This document shows positions 1 through 10,451 of a DNA stretch of 64,000 bases, piece by piece (position 1 is the stretch's first letter; each line of letters starts with the position of its first letter). Below the pieces are notes generated by a model. The model searched no databases and was not told the origin of the DNA. It saw only the letters and a program-made list of their open reading frames with translations. Origin of the DNA: a virus; IMG/VR virus record IMGVR_UViG_3300032087_002755; one strand, 5' to 3'. Both the position numbers and the translations under genes were made by a program.

Positions 1-9
1 CGTAAACTT

Positions 10-1257
10 GTGGAAGACCTTTTGGATATATCAATCTTTTCTACTATGGGAGATATCCTTAAGAAAAAGATTTCTAATCATACTGTTGAGGTTAGAGAGA
101 ATAATCATGAAATCGACTTACTTGAAGAAAGAATTAACGGACTAAATGAACAACTTAATGCACTTCGTGAAAATCGTGAATCGAAAATCCTAAAATATGA
201 AAATACCGTTGAGGAAACTCAAGAGAATATTAACAAACTTTTAGGGGACATAGATGAAAAGACGGAAAATGTGGTGGAGAAAAAATCCACCATCTCAGAT
301 AAAGATACTAAAGAGGATAAACTCAAACAAACAGTTGACATGGAAGCTAGACTTGAGGACGCTCGAAGAAAAGCAATTAAAGACATTGAATTCTATGAGA
401 ACAATGACGATTGTCCCACATGCAAACAGGGTCTAGACGATGAACACAAGAAGAAACACATTGAGGAAAAACAGAATAAGGTCGCAGAAATCAAGGAGGC
501 GGTGTCACAACTCGATTTACAAGTCGAAGACCTTAATACCCGAATCCAAGAAATCAACGGAATCCAAGACGAAATAACCACAATTCAAAAAGAGATTGGT
601 ATCCTACAAACAGAAGTTGTATCTAATCAAAAGTTCATTCAAAAAATGCAGAAAATGATTGCAGAACTCAAACAAGAAGGAACTGGTAATGGTGACGTGC
701 AAGAGAGAATCAGTGATAGTGAAGACAAACTAGATATTCTACATGCAAAGAAAGAATCATTAGTTGACCAACAACACTACTATGAAATTGCACAAGTGTT
801 ACTCAGAGACCAAGGTGTAAGACAAAAGATTATCAAACAGTATGTTCCTATTATGAACAAGCTGATTAACAAGTATCTTGCACAATTAGAATTCTATGTT
901 GGTTTTGAATTGAATGAAAAGTTCGAAGAAACAATCAAATCAAGATTCAGAGACGTATTCAAATACGATAACTTCTCACAAGGGGAGAAAATGAGAATTG
1001 ACCTTGCACTACTATTCACATGGAGAAGTGTTGCAAGAATGAAGAACTCAGTTAACACTAACCTATTGATATTAGACGAAGTTTTCGATTCTTCATTAGA
1101 CTCACAAGGAACAGACGATTTCTTAAAACTACTAAACACCTTGACGGAAAAGACAAATGCGTTTATCATATCTCATAAAGGAGAAACATTATATGATAAA
1201 TTTAATGACGTTATTAGGTTTGAGAAATACAAAAACTTCTCGAGAATTGCAGAATAA
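10..1257 (+). CDS. 46: T4 gp46-like recombination endonuclease ATPase subunit (SbcC/Rad50), 5'-truncated by window edge
   Basis: Coiled coil with zinc hook CPTC, signature FSQGEKMRIDLAL, Walker B LLILDEVFD, H-loop IISH. Confidence 0.95.
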   Translation: MEDLLDISIFSTMGDILKKKISNHTVEVRENNHEIDLLEERINGLNEQLNALRENRESKILKYENTVEETQENINKLLGDIDEKTENVVEKKSTISDKDTKEDKLKQTVDMEARLEDARRKAIKDIEFYENNDDCPTCKQGLDDEHKKKHIEEKQNKVAEIKEAVSQLDLQVEDLNTRIQEINGIQDEITTIQKEIGILQTEVVSNQKFIQKMQKMIAELKQEGTGNGDVQERISDSEDKLDILHAKKESLVDQQHYYEIAQVLLRDQGVRQKIIKQYVPIMNKLINKYLAQLEFYVGFELNEKFEETIKSRFRDVFKYDNFSQGEKMRIDLALLFTWRSVARMKNSVNTNLLILDEVFDSSLDSQGTDDFLKLLNTLTEKTNAFIISHKGETLYDKFNDVIRFEKYKNFSRIAE

Positions 1258-1265
1258 TATAAATA
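1258..1265 (+). promoter_or_regulatory. T4-type late promoter TATAAATA
   Basis: Exact consensus, 5 nt before ATG 1271. Confidence 0.75.
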
Positions 1266-1270
1266 GTAAT

Positions 1271-2578
1271 ATGAAATCATTCTCAGAAGTCACTAATCCA
1301 ATAGAGGGAGTCAAACTAGAATTACCTAAGTATACACCTACACTTAGTGAGGGAACAGACGCCTCAACGAAGTTCGAAGGTGTTATAGTTGCATGTCTTC
1401 AAAATGCAAAATTACCAAAGGACAAGTTCATAGAGAAAATGACCAAAGACGAGTATGTCACTGGTTTCCTTAAAACACCAAATAAATTATTTGCAACACA
1501 TAAAGTAAAATCAACAGAAGAGAAAATGGATATTCTTTATGATTTCGCACAAGTATGTAATGCAAAACTTCCAAGTGGTAAACATGACGCGGGTGCTGGT
1601 CAAAGTAAAAAAGGACTAAGTTCATTTTGGAAAGAAACCACTGGTAAAGGTATTGACACTTCAAAGGCAGATATAATTATTGGTGGTTATCCTTCTTCAG
1701 TCAAAGGCCCGAAAGCACAACTAATGTCGGGTAAAAAAGCAGAAGCTAAAGCAACTGTATTATCTGCATTACAAATGGTCAAAACAAGTGAAGACTTAAA
1801 GAATCAATTAGTAGATGCAGTAGACGTTTTTGTAGACAACACTAGAACAGTTGGTGCAGAAGTTAATGCTGGTAATCTTAAAAAAATGACACCCGAACAA
1901 GCAATCGAAAGTGGTAATGCAGAAGCTAAAAAGATTGTTGAAAAACAAGAAAAATTAAAAGGTGATATCAATAAATTATTTTCAAAGGCATTTAATAATC
2001 CCGAAGTCGGTGGTGCATTCGCATATGAAGCTATGACTGGTTTTGAAAAGTTTGGTGGTAATGCAATGAAACAAGGAAGTGGTGACACTAGTGGTATTGC
2101 AACACATATGGTGGTTTGGGATTACAGAATGGATAGAATCAAACAACTAAAGATTGATAGAAAGTTTGCCTCTGCAACTGCAAAGAAAATGTCCATGCGT
2201 GCAGATTTAAAATCCAACTCTTATAAAAAAGACAATAAAAAAGCAGGTTATAATTTCTATCAAGCAATTAGAGTATCAGCAGATGCACTATTAGACAAAC
2301 ATGGTGAACTTAAAAAATCTGCAAATGAACAAGTAGAACAAGTAAAAAATCAATTAAATGAAGGTGTAATCTCAGAGAACAAATTCGTAGACAAACTCAA
2401 AGACATATGGAACTGGATAAAAGGTAAACTAACTGCATTGTGGAATTGGTTTATAAATAAAATTACAGAGTTAGCAGAAAGTGCTAAAAAGTTAATAAAT
2501 GAATCTGTATCAGAAGCTATGAAAGTTTTTGAATTAGATGTAGACGTGAAAGTAAAAACTGAGGTGAACTTTAAATAA
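1271..2578 (+). CDS. Late protein of unknown function, probable head-internal protein; weak PD-(D/E)xK-like motif
   Basis: Start after late promoter; N-terminus MKSFSE resembles T4 capsid-targeting sequence; KADII...SSVK motif. Confidence 0.55.
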   Translation: MKSFSEVTNPIEGVKLELPKYTPTLSEGTDASTKFEGVIVACLQNAKLPKDKFIEKMTKDEYVTGFLKTPNKLFATHKVKSTEEKMDILYDFAQVCNAKLPSGKHDAGAGQSKKGLSSFWKETTGKGIDTSKADIIIGGYPSSVKGPKAQLMSGKKAEAKATVLSALQMVKTSEDLKNQLVDAVDVFVDNTRTVGAEVNAGNLKKMTPEQAIESGNAEAKKIVEKQEKLKGDINKLFSKAFNNPEVGGAFAYEAMTGFEKFGGNAMKQGSGDTSGIATHMVVWDYRMDRIKQLKIDRKFASATAKKMSMRADLKSNSYKKDNKKAGYNFYQAIRVSADALLDKHGELKKSANEQVEQVKNQLNEGVISENKFVDKLKDIWNWIKGKLTALWNWFINKITELAESAKKLINESVSEAMKVFELDVDVKVKTEVNFK

Positions 2579-3204
2579 TGTTAGAATTGATAGAAGAGGC
2601 CTCAAAGGTCTTACGCACACCACCACCCGAATTTGACTTTGATAAACCACCCGAAGACCCCGAAGAGATAGAATTCAACCTTGCAGCTGCAATGGAACAA
2701 TATGGTGGGATAGGTTTATCTGCAAATCAAGTTGGATTAAACTACAGAGTTTTTGTAATGAGAACTGCAGACAGTGGAACTAAAGCATTTTTCAATCCCG
2801 AGATTACTAAAGTATCTCAAGAAACAGAATTAATGAAAGAGGGTTGTTTATCTTTTCCCGACCTTTATCTAATGATAAAAAGGTCAAAAGAGATAGAACT
2901 TAAATATCAAGATGCACAAGGTGAAGAACACGTAATACACTTAACTGGTTTAGGTGCAAGGTGTGTTCAACATGAATGTGACCATTTAAATGGAATACTA
3001 TTCCTACAACGTGCATCTAGACTCAAACTGGAACGTGCTTTAAAAGCAAGACCTAAAGAGAGAAAAAAGAGAATTGATTATGAAACAAGAATTGCATTCG
3101 CCAGAGCTATACAAGAACGAGAACGTGCTGATTCTTCCGAATCTGATAACGGAACAGGAGTCGAAGGAACTGATTCAGTGGTTCAAGACTCACGAGCATC
3201 TTAA
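2578..3204 (+). CDS. def: Peptide deformylase
   Basis: Motifs GGIGLSANQVG, EGCLS, QHECDHLNG. Confidence 0.95.
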   Translation: MLELIEEASKVLRTPPPEFDFDKPPEDPEEIEFNLAAAMEQYGGIGLSANQVGLNYRVFVMRTADSGTKAFFNPEITKVSQETELMKEGCLSFPDLYLMIKRSKEIELKYQDAQGEEHVIHLTGLGARCVQHECDHLNGILFLQRASRLKLERALKARPKERKKRIDYETRIAFARAIQERERADSSESDNGTGVEGTDSVVQDSRAS

Positions 3205-3730
3205 AACTATAGGAGACGGGTCGGATTACACTGCAATAAACATATTGCATATCCACACCCAATGGATTCGAGATATCTTCAACAGATTAGCATTTGACGT
3301 TATTTCAGAAATATATAAACACTCGGGTTTAAGAGTGTATCCCGAAATGTGTGCAATAAATGAATGGCCTATCGGTGGTGTTCAAACACCACATAATGAC
3401 TCAGTATCAGACGTTGATATAAGAGAAGGACTTATAGACGAAACAAGTAGAGAATGGACTGTAATTCTCTATATAAATGGTCATGAATCCTATAAAGGTG
3501 GTGAAACTTACTTCCCAAATGAAGGGCCAGCAGGTCAAATAATGACTCCTATAAGGGGTACAGGCATAGCATTCAGAGGAATAGACCTAGAACACGGTGT
3601 ATACCCCGTCAGAAGAGGTGCTAGGTACACTATATCACAATGGTATAGTAGTGATAAGAACCGTATAATTACAGACGAAAGAACAAAAAACCTCGATTTA
3701 AACCACCATTCTTTAAGAGATTCCTCATAA
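3074..3730 (+). CDS. 2OG-Fe(II) oxygenase (prolyl-hydroxylase-like)
   Basis: HND...HGV...R motif, GGETYF; overlaps def 3' end. Confidence 0.85.
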   Translation: MIMKQELHSPELYKNENVLILPNLITEQESKELIQWFKTHEHLKTIGDGSDYTAINILHIHTQWIRDIFNRLAFDVISEIYKHSGLRVYPEMCAINEWPIGGVQTPHNDSVSDVDIREGLIDETSREWTVILYINGHESYKGGETYFPNEGPAGQIMTPIRGTGIAFRGIDLEHGVYPVRRGARYTISQWYSSDKNRIITDERTKNLDLNHHSLRDSS

Positions 3731-3748
3731 AATAATTCTTCTCAAGGG

Positions 3749-3778
3749 TTGACAATGACCCTCACTTTTTCGTATACT
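3749..3778 (+). promoter_or_regulatory. Conserved early sigma70-type promoter, copy 1
   Basis: TTGACA-ATGACCCTCACTTTTTCG-TATACT. Confidence 0.85.
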
Positions 3779-3805
3779 AATAGAGTAAAAGAAAAAAGGA
3801 GAATT

Positions 3806-4111
3806 ATGACATTTAACCCAATATTACGAGTTCCTAAAGGTAAAGAAGGAACACTCGACCCCTCAAAAATCTTAAACTATTTCCATGGATTAGGTTGGAG
3901 AACAACTCCAGTCAAAAACCAATATCAAAAATATTGGATTACCCACAAAATGGATATGTCACTAGACCCCCCTCAAAAATTAGAGTTAATCAGTGGTTCA
4001 AAATACTACAAATTAGTTATCGATTCAACAGAGTTTGGTATCGAATGTGGTGGTGATTTAAATGGTTGGCAATTTGCAGCTGAAATTAGAGATGCAATTA
4101 AATCACAATAA
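3806..4111 (+). CDS. Hypothetical early protein
   Basis: AGGAG SD before ATG 3806; downstream of early promoter. Confidence 0.7.
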   Translation: MTFNPILRVPKGKEGTLDPSKILNYFHGLGWRTTPVKNQYQKYWITHKMDMSLDPPQKLELISGSKYYKLVIDSTEFGIECGGDLNGWQFAAEIRDAIKSQ

Positions 4112-4114
4112 AAC

Positions 4115-4144
4115 TTGACAATGACCTTCACTTTTTAGTATACT
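4115..4144 (+). promoter_or_regulatory. Conserved early promoter, copy 2
   Basis: TTGACA-ATGACCTTCACTTTTTAG-TATACT; ATG 6 nt downstream. Confidence 0.85.
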
Positions 4145-4150
4145 ATAAAC

Positions 4151-6514
4151 ATGACAAAAAGAAACGAAAAAGACATACTTGCTAAACTAATGGCTACTGA
4201 GAACATTACCATTGTTCACAAGAAAATTGACACTGCATATTTTGATGTAAAGAATAGGATACTTGCTTGTCCTATCTTTAAAGAAGATATTTCTGCAGAA
4301 CTTTATGACCTATTCATGGGACATGAAGTTGGACATGCATTGAATACACCTTACGAGGGTCTTCACTCTGCATTAGAAATGAATAGAACACTTAAAGGAT
4401 ATCTTAATGTTGTTGAAGACGTTAGGATTGAGAAAGCAATCAAAAACAAATTCCAAGGATTAAGGAAATCATTCTACACTGCATACAACGAGTTAATGGA
4501 AATGGATTTCTTCCAGTTAAAAGGTAGAGACCTTTCAACACTTTCATTGATTGACAAAATTAATTTACAAACTAAAGTCGGTTCAAGACTTGGTCTTCAA
4601 TTCAATACAGTTGAACAAGGTTTCTTAGATATGTCAGAAGCATGTAAGACTTGGGAAGACGTTGTTGAATGTGCAACTGCAATCTATGAGTGGTCTAAAG
4701 AGAATGAGACAAGAACTGAAGATGACGAAATGTTAGTTCCTCAAATGTTTGACATTGGTGACGAAGAAGAAGACGAAGACGGAGACGAATCAGAAATAGA
4801 AGAATTTGAGAATGAATCTAAAGAATCTTCAGACGGTGGAGATTCAGACGAAGACGATGCAGAAGAGGATTCACTTCCCGAGTTAAACACTGATACTGGT
4901 GAGACTGAAGAGGAAAATGCTGAACAAGAAGAAGACATTGACGAATCAGACAATCAAGTTAAGTCTACTGGTGGTAAAGAAGGTGGACAAGGATTCCATG
5001 ACAACCAAGACGGTGCAAGGGAATCAATCACTGAACACGCTGCACATAACGGTGAAAACCAATTTCTTTCAGATGAGAACACAATCAAATCTACAATCAA
5101 TCTAAGAAAAGTGTTTGCAGAAAATGATATGCATGACGTTGTGATTCCTTTCAAACAAGTTCTTAAAGACTGGAAAGAATATGTTTCTGATTCTAGTTAC
5201 TACACTGCAGAGAAACTTGAAAAGAATTATGGAAGAGGTGTCTATACTGCAAAGAAACTAGAACAAAAGAACAAAAAAATTATTGCTCATATGGCAAAAG
5301 AATTTGAGATGAAACAAACTGCAAAAGTTTCTAAGAAAGCTTTCAGTGGTAAAACTGGTAAGTTAGATATGAATAGACTTGCAAAATATCAAATTGTTGA
5401 TGACATTTTCAAAAGAGCTATGTATCTTCCCGAGGGTGAAAACCACGGATTGAATGTTCTTCTTGATTGGAGTGGTTCAATTGCTGATGAGGTTGTAGAC
5501 CTTTTAGAACAATCAATAATACTTGCAGAGTTCTGTAGAAAAACAAACATTCCTTACAGAGTGTATCTTTTCTCTGATGGATATGCTAGTGGTGAGACAG
5601 ACGAATATGGATATCAGAGACATGACGGAAGACTTATTGAAATCTTCTCTAATGAAATGAGTAACAGACAATTCAAAGAAATGATGACTTATGTTGGTTG
5701 CATGTATGCAAACTACTTCTCTCAAAAAATTTCATGGAGAAACTATGAGAAAGCTATTGTTTCTTACAATGAGTTCTTCGGTGAGTATGGTGGAATTGAG
5801 AGTGACGGTGCTTACTGGGATTTAGAAACTAACTTCAGACCTCAAAACTATAGACTCGGTGGAACTCCACTTGACCAAACACTTGTTGCACTTAGAACTC
5901 TATTGCCTGAGTTCAATGCAAGATATCAAGTTGAGAAATCAATCTTGACTATAATCACTGATGGGTTTTCACATTCTGCAGACTTCTTAAGAGCGACTGA
6001 AGAAGAGAGAAAAGACATTGCAGAACAAGAAGAATTTATCGGTGACGGTGCATGGAGAACTTCAAGGTCTAGAGACTTAATTGACCCATATTCAAACAAA
6101 GTGTTCCCACTTAAACAAAAGAGTGATTACTATTCAAGGGAAGGTTTTGAAACAACTCAGAACATTCTAGAATGGATATCAGAGACTTGTGGTGTGATTG
6201 TTACTGGATACTTTGTTCTAGGTAAAAAAGGAGACTTGTACAACATTCTAGGATTTGTAGAAGATTCAAGGTCTTACTGTCATGACGAGGTTTGGAGAGA
6301 AATCAGAAAAGAAGGTAAAGTGTTCAAGTGTAGAGGATATAACAAACTGTTTATCACTTATGCAAAGAACATGAACACTGAAGGTTCTGATGAACTTGGA
6401 GACGAGTTTATTGATGCCAAAAAAGTGAGGGTAATGGCTGCCTTCAAAAGAAACCAAAAATCAAAAACCACTTCAAGGTTCTTGACTAACGAATTTATAA
6501 AGGAGATTGCATAA
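4151..6514 (+). CDS. CobT-like protein: N-terminal HExxH metallopeptidase-like domain, acidic linker, C-terminal VWA domain
   Basis: HEVGH; D/E-rich linker; MIDAS LLDWSGS, GGTPL, IITDG; near a MoxR/CobS ATPase. Confidence 0.85.
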   Translation: MTKRNEKDILAKLMATENITIVHKKIDTAYFDVKNRILACPIFKEDISAELYDLFMGHEVGHALNTPYEGLHSALEMNRTLKGYLNVVEDVRIEKAIKNKFQGLRKSFYTAYNELMEMDFFQLKGRDLSTLSLIDKINLQTKVGSRLGLQFNTVEQGFLDMSEACKTWEDVVECATAIYEWSKENETRTEDDEMLVPQMFDIGDEEEDEDGDESEIEEFENESKESSDGGDSDEDDAEEDSLPELNTDTGETEEENAEQEEDIDESDNQVKSTGGKEGGQGFHDNQDGARESITEHAAHNGENQFLSDENTIKSTINLRKVFAENDMHDVVIPFKQVLKDWKEYVSDSSYYTAEKLEKNYGRGVYTAKKLEQKNKKIIAHMAKEFEMKQTAKVSKKAFSGKTGKLDMNRLAKYQIVDDIFKRAMYLPEGENHGLNVLLDWSGSIADEVVDLLEQSIILAEFCRKTNIPYRVYLFSDGYASGETDEYGYQRHDGRLIEIFSNEMSNRQFKEMMTYVGCMYANYFSQKISWRNYEKAIVSYNEFFGEYGGIESDGAYWDLETNFRPQNYRLGGTPLDQTLVALRTLLPEFNARYQVEKSILTIITDGFSHSADFLRATEEERKDIAEQEEFIGDGAWRTSRSRDLIDPYSNKVFPLKQKSDYYSREGFETTQNILEWISETCGVIVTGYFVLGKKGDLYNILGFVEDSRSYCHDEVWREIRKEGKVFKCRGYNKLFITYAKNMNTEGSDELGDEFIDAKKVRVMAAFKRNQKSKTTSRFLTNEFIKEIA

Positions 6515-6717
6515 TGGAAGCAAAATACATGATGAATGAAACGTTCATTTTAAGCAGAGACGATTACAGGGATTTAACCAATAGGATAATGATACTGCAA
6601 TCGAGAAAAGAAGAAGCACCTTATATCGTGGAACACGATTATATCCAAGACACTTTTGAAGTGACACTACTGGATAACAGGTATACACTTAAAACAATAA
6701 TGGAGAAGACACAATGA
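6514..6717 (+). CDS. Hypothetical protein
   Basis: SD and stop/start coupling. Confidence 0.6.
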   Translation: MEAKYMMNETFILSRDDYRDLTNRIMILQSRKEEAPYIVEHDYIQDTFEVTLLDNRYTLKTIMEKTQ

Positions 6718-6959
6718 GAGACCCTTTAAGAGTAGACGAAGCATATTACATTTCACACCAAACGGATTACAGTAAATTTGCAGATGCAGTTATGGACGTG
6801 GGGCCTTCGCCTTGTGTCAGATATAATTGTCCACTAGTTAATGAGTGTGCAAGTGAAGAGAAGGAGTGTTTTGCCTTTAGAATTTGGGTCAACAATGGTG
6901 GTGAACTGAATGAAAAACAACAACTAAAAATGGGAACAAGATTTGAGTCAATTAAGTGA
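6714..6959 (+). CDS. Hypothetical Cys-rich protein
   Basis: Four Cys; ATGA overlap with upstream gene. Confidence 0.6.
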   Translation: MRDPLRVDEAYYISHQTDYSKFADAVMDVGPSPCVRYNCPLVNECASEEKECFAFRIWVNNGGELNEKQQLKMGTRFESIK

Positions 6960-6967
6960 TAAACTAC

Positions 6968-6997
6968 TTGACAATGGGTCTCACTTTTTAGTATACT
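6968..6997 (+). promoter_or_regulatory. Conserved early promoter, copy 3
   Basis: TTGACA-ATGGGTCTCACTTTTTAG-TATACT. Confidence 0.85.
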
Positions 6998-7044
6998 ATA
7001 CAAGATGAGAAAATTAACTAATAACTTAAAACCAAGGAGACTAT

Positions 7045-8295
7045 ATGGATAAAAGAAGTTACGATAGAAGTGAATCGATTGACGTGATGGGAAAACCGTT
7101 TCACTATACACCCGATAGGAAGGAATTCTTAGATGCATTGCAATCTAAGTATCCGAATCAATCGGTTTTTACTAAAGAAGAAATTGACAATACTGGGACA
7201 TTCCCGTATTGGGTGAAATCTTCTAGGTACAATTTTAGAGACAATGGTGTCTTTAATCTTACCCAAGTTATCGGTGGATACAACGGTGGATATTCTGAAT
7301 CTGCAGTAGTTCCTCCTGTAACGTCAGCACCTCAAGTGGTTGCAGTTGCACCACCAGTTGCTCCACAAAACATGCCTGTTGCAGCTGCAACTGAGTCTGT
7401 TAATATAAATGATAATGTAAAAATCATTCCCGAGAAAATGTCTAACTATGTTCCTTTTGGACACTTCAAAGATGTCAAGAACATAATCAAGTCTAAAATC
7501 TTCTTTCCAGTATTTGTTACTGGTTTGAGTGGTAATGGTAAAACATTAATGATTGAACAAACTTGTGCTCAATTGAAGAGAGAACTCTTCAGAGTTAACA
7601 TTACAATCGAGACTGATGAGGACGACCTAATGGGTGGTCACACTTTAGTCAATGGTAATGTCGTCTTCAGAGAAGGCCCTGTTATCAAAGCTATGAGAAA
7701 AGGTGCCGTGTTACTTCTTGACGAAGTTGACTTAGGTTCTAACAAACTTATGTGTCTACAATCAGTTCTTGAGGGTAAAGGATACCTAATCAAGAAAACT
7801 GGTGAGTGGGTTTCACCTAAAGAAGGTTTCACCATTCTTGCTACTGCAAACACTAAAGGACAAGGTTCTGATGATGGAAAGTTCATAGGAACTCAAATCA
7901 TGAATGAAGCCATGTTGGAAAGGTTTGCAATCACAATGCAACAAGAATACCCACCAGTGACAACTGAAAGGTCTATTCTTAAAAAAGAAATGGAGTTAAC
8001 TGGTGAAGTTGACGAAGAGTTTTGTGTCAAACTAGTAGATTGGGCAGACATAATCAGAAAAACCTACTATGAAGGTGCGATTGATGATGTTATCACTACT
8101 AGAAGACTGGTTCACATTGTGAATGCATACAGAATGTTCAATGACAAATTGAAGTCAATAACAATGTGTATTTCAAGATTTGACGAAGAGACTAGAAATA
8201 GTATCCTCGACCTCTACTCCAAGATTGATGCTGGAGTAGACTTGAATGCAGAAAACCCAGTTGACGAAACTGGGTCTTCAGAGTATAATGACTAG
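7045..8295 (+). CDS. cobS: CobS/MoxR-family AAA+ ATPase
   Basis: Walker A GLSGNGKT, Walker B LLLDEVD, ATANTKGQG, NEAMLERF. Confidence 0.9.
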   Translation: MDKRSYDRSESIDVMGKPFHYTPDRKEFLDALQSKYPNQSVFTKEEIDNTGTFPYWVKSSRYNFRDNGVFNLTQVIGGYNGGYSESAVVPPVTSAPQVVAVAPPVAPQNMPVAAATESVNINDNVKIIPEKMSNYVPFGHFKDVKNIIKSKIFFPVFVTGLSGNGKTLMIEQTCAQLKRELFRVNITIETDEDDLMGGHTLVNGNVVFREGPVIKAMRKGAVLLLDEVDLGSNKLMCLQSVLEGKGYLIKKTGEWVSPKEGFTILATANTKGQGSDDGKFIGTQIMNEAMLERFAITMQQEYPPVTTERSILKKEMELTGEVDEEFCVKLVDWADIIRKTYYEGAIDDVITTRRLVHIVNAYRMFNDKLKSITMCISRFDEETRNSILDLYSKIDAGVDLNAENPVDETGSSEYND

Positions 8296-8296
8296 T

Positions 8297-8602
8297 ATGG
8301 GTTTATTTAACAAGTCTAAGAAGATAGACTACAAATATAACGAGGGAGAACTCTTAAAGGAGTTCTCTCAGTATATTGATAAAACCTATGACCAACATTA
8401 TAGTTTAAACAAATACCAGTCCACTGAATTTATAATTGACAGTGGTCATGGTGAAGGATTTTGTATCGGGAATATACTAAAGTATGCCCAAAGATACGGA
8501 AAAAAAGATGGGAAGAATCGTGCAGATATACTTAAAGTATTACACTATGCACTTTTCATGCTACATGTTCACGACAAAGCAAATAAGGAGGCTAACAAGT
8601 GA
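8297..8602 (+). CDS. DUF3310-like protein conserved in T4-like marine phages
   Basis: HY...GFCIGNILKYAQRYGKK...DILKVLHY. Confidence 0.7.
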   Translation: MGLFNKSKKIDYKYNEGELLKEFSQYIDKTYDQHYSLNKYQSTEFIIDSGHGEGFCIGNILKYAQRYGKKDGKNRADILKVLHYALFMLHVHDKANKEANK

Positions 8603-9267
8603 TGAAAATAAGTAATGATACGAGAGATATCTTTAAAAATTTCTCAACAATAAACCAAGGGATAAAGGTTTCAAGTGGTAATACACTTCAGACAATCTCT
8701 AATATGAAAAACATTCTTGCAGTTGCAACTGTATCTGAGGAATTTCCTCAAGATTTCAGTATCTACAATCTGCCTGAATTCTTAGGTGCAACCAGTTTAC
8801 TGGACGACCCCGACTTTCAATTTGGTGATGCAAGTTTAACAATTGCAGACAACAATTCAAGTCTTGCATATTTCTATGCAAGTGAAGGTATGGTGACTTC
8901 ACCCGAGAAAATGATAACAATGCCTGATGCAGAGATTGGTTTTGATATCTCTTCTACACTTCTAAACGAGTTGCAGAAAGCAGCGAGTGTTCTAGGTGTG
9001 GGTGATTTAGTTCTTAAATCAGACGGTTCTACTATCACGTTGCAAGTGACTGATAAGAAGAATGCAACTTCAAACACATTCTCAAGAATCGTGGGTGAAG
9101 GAAACGGTGTCTCATATACCATGAACTTTAAGATTGAGAACCTTAAAGTCTTAGACGGAAACTATGAAGTCTTAGTTTCGTCAAAAGGAATCTCACACTT
9201 TAAAAACAAAGATGTGGATTTAGAATATTTTATTGCATTGGAGCCTGATAGCAAATACAATGTTTAA
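8599..9267 (+). CDS. 45: Sliding clamp
   Basis: KNFSTINQGI, FSIYNLPEFL, YFIALE; synteny 45-44-62-regA. Confidence 0.92.
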   Translation: MMKISNDTRDIFKNFSTINQGIKVSSGNTLQTISNMKNILAVATVSEEFPQDFSIYNLPEFLGATSLLDDPDFQFGDASLTIADNNSSLAYFYASEGMVTSPEKMITMPDAEIGFDISSTLLNELQKAASVLGVGDLVLKSDGSTITLQVTDKKNATSNTFSRIVGEGNGVSYTMNFKIENLKVLDGNYEVLVSSKGISHFKNKDVDLEYFIALEPDSKYNV

Positions 9268-9385
9268 CCTATATAATAGTGTAGGTATTGTGCTAGTCTC
9301 TGCAATGCATACGGGACATAAGACATCTCATCAATCTTCAAGGGTTCTTATGACAGTTAATTCGGAGGGGTTTTAACTTCTTATT

Positions 9386-10333
9386 ATGAAACAAGAGTTT
9401 TTATTTGTAGAAAAGTATCGTCCTCAAACAATTGAGGACACGATACTACCCGAAGGTATCAAAAATACTTTTAGGGAATTCGTGAAACAAGGTGAGATTC
9501 CAAATCTCATGTTATGTGGTTCTGCTGGTGTTGGTAAAACAACTATTGCAAAAGCACTTTGTAACGAAATGAATGCAGACTTTATTGTAATCAACGGTTC
9601 AGACGAAGGGAGATTGATTGATACTCTCAGAACCAAAATCAAAAACTTTGCATCTACAGTATCACTCAGTGGTGGTGCAAAGGTAGTCATTCTAGACGAA
9701 GCAGACTACATAAGTGCAGATAGTGTTCAGCCTGCATTGAGAAACTTCATAGAGGAGTTCTCAAGTAACTGTAGGTTTATCTTTACTTGTAATTACAAGA
9801 ATAGGATTATCAAACCACTACATTCACGAACCACTGTTATAGATTTCAAAATGAGACCCAGTGATAAACAACAACTTGCTGGTGTCTTCCTTCAAAGACT
9901 CAAAGAGATATGTGAAACAGAGAACATACAATATGACGAGAAGGTATTGGTTGAACTTATACTAAAGTTCTTCCCCGATTTCAGAAGGTGTATTAATGAG
10001 GTACAACGTTATGGTGTTGGTGGTGTAATAGACACTGGTCTTATTGCAACACTCGCTGAAGAGAAACTAACACCTCTCATTGATATGATGAGAGACAAGA
10101 ACTGGACTGGAATGAGAAAATGGGTTGCACAAAACTCAGACAATGATTTCGATTCCTTGTTCAGAAAAGTTTTCAATTCACTTGAACAAAGACTAGAATC
10201 TACTAGTATTCCAGCAAGTGTTTTGATTATTGCAGATTATCAATATAAATCTGCGTTTGCAATGGATAGTGAAATCAATTTCGTTGCATGTTTAACTGAA
10301 ATCATGTCGGAGTGTAAATTCAAAAATGGGTAA
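9386..10333 (+). CDS. 44: Clamp loader large subunit
   Basis: VEKYRPQ, GSAGVGKT, ILDEAD, LHSR. Confidence 0.95.
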   Translation: MKQEFLFVEKYRPQTIEDTILPEGIKNTFREFVKQGEIPNLMLCGSAGVGKTTIAKALCNEMNADFIVINGSDEGRLIDTLRTKIKNFASTVSLSGGAKVVILDEADYISADSVQPALRNFIEEFSSNCRFIFTCNYKNRIIKPLHSRTTVIDFKMRPSDKQQLAGVFLQRLKEICETENIQYDEKVLVELILKFFPDFRRCINEVQRYGVGGVIDTGLIATLAEEKLTPLIDMMRDKNWTGMRKWVAQNSDNDFDSLFRKVFNSLEQRLESTSIPASVLIIADYQYKSAFAMDSEINFVACLTEIMSECKFKNG

Positions 10334-10451
10334 ACTCAGACAATGGTTTCGTAATTGGTTTGATAAAGCAATCGAAAGGTCTATGCAAAGACAGGCAAAT
10401 AGATTGTTTGACAAGTCAAGGATTAAGTATAGAGATGGAGATAACACATGA
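10326..10451 (+). CDS. Small hypothetical protein (41 aa, not in ORF track)
   Basis: MGKLRQWFRNWFDKAIERSMQRQANRLFDK...; fills gap and overlaps both neighbours. Confidence 0.5.
   Translation: MGKLRQWFRNWFDKAIERSMQRQANRLFDKSRIKYRDGDNT

Noticed and set aside
2452-2459. TATAAATA inside ORF 1271-2578
   Set aside because: Intragenic in AT-rich coding sequence; could drive def but cannot be distinguished from chance
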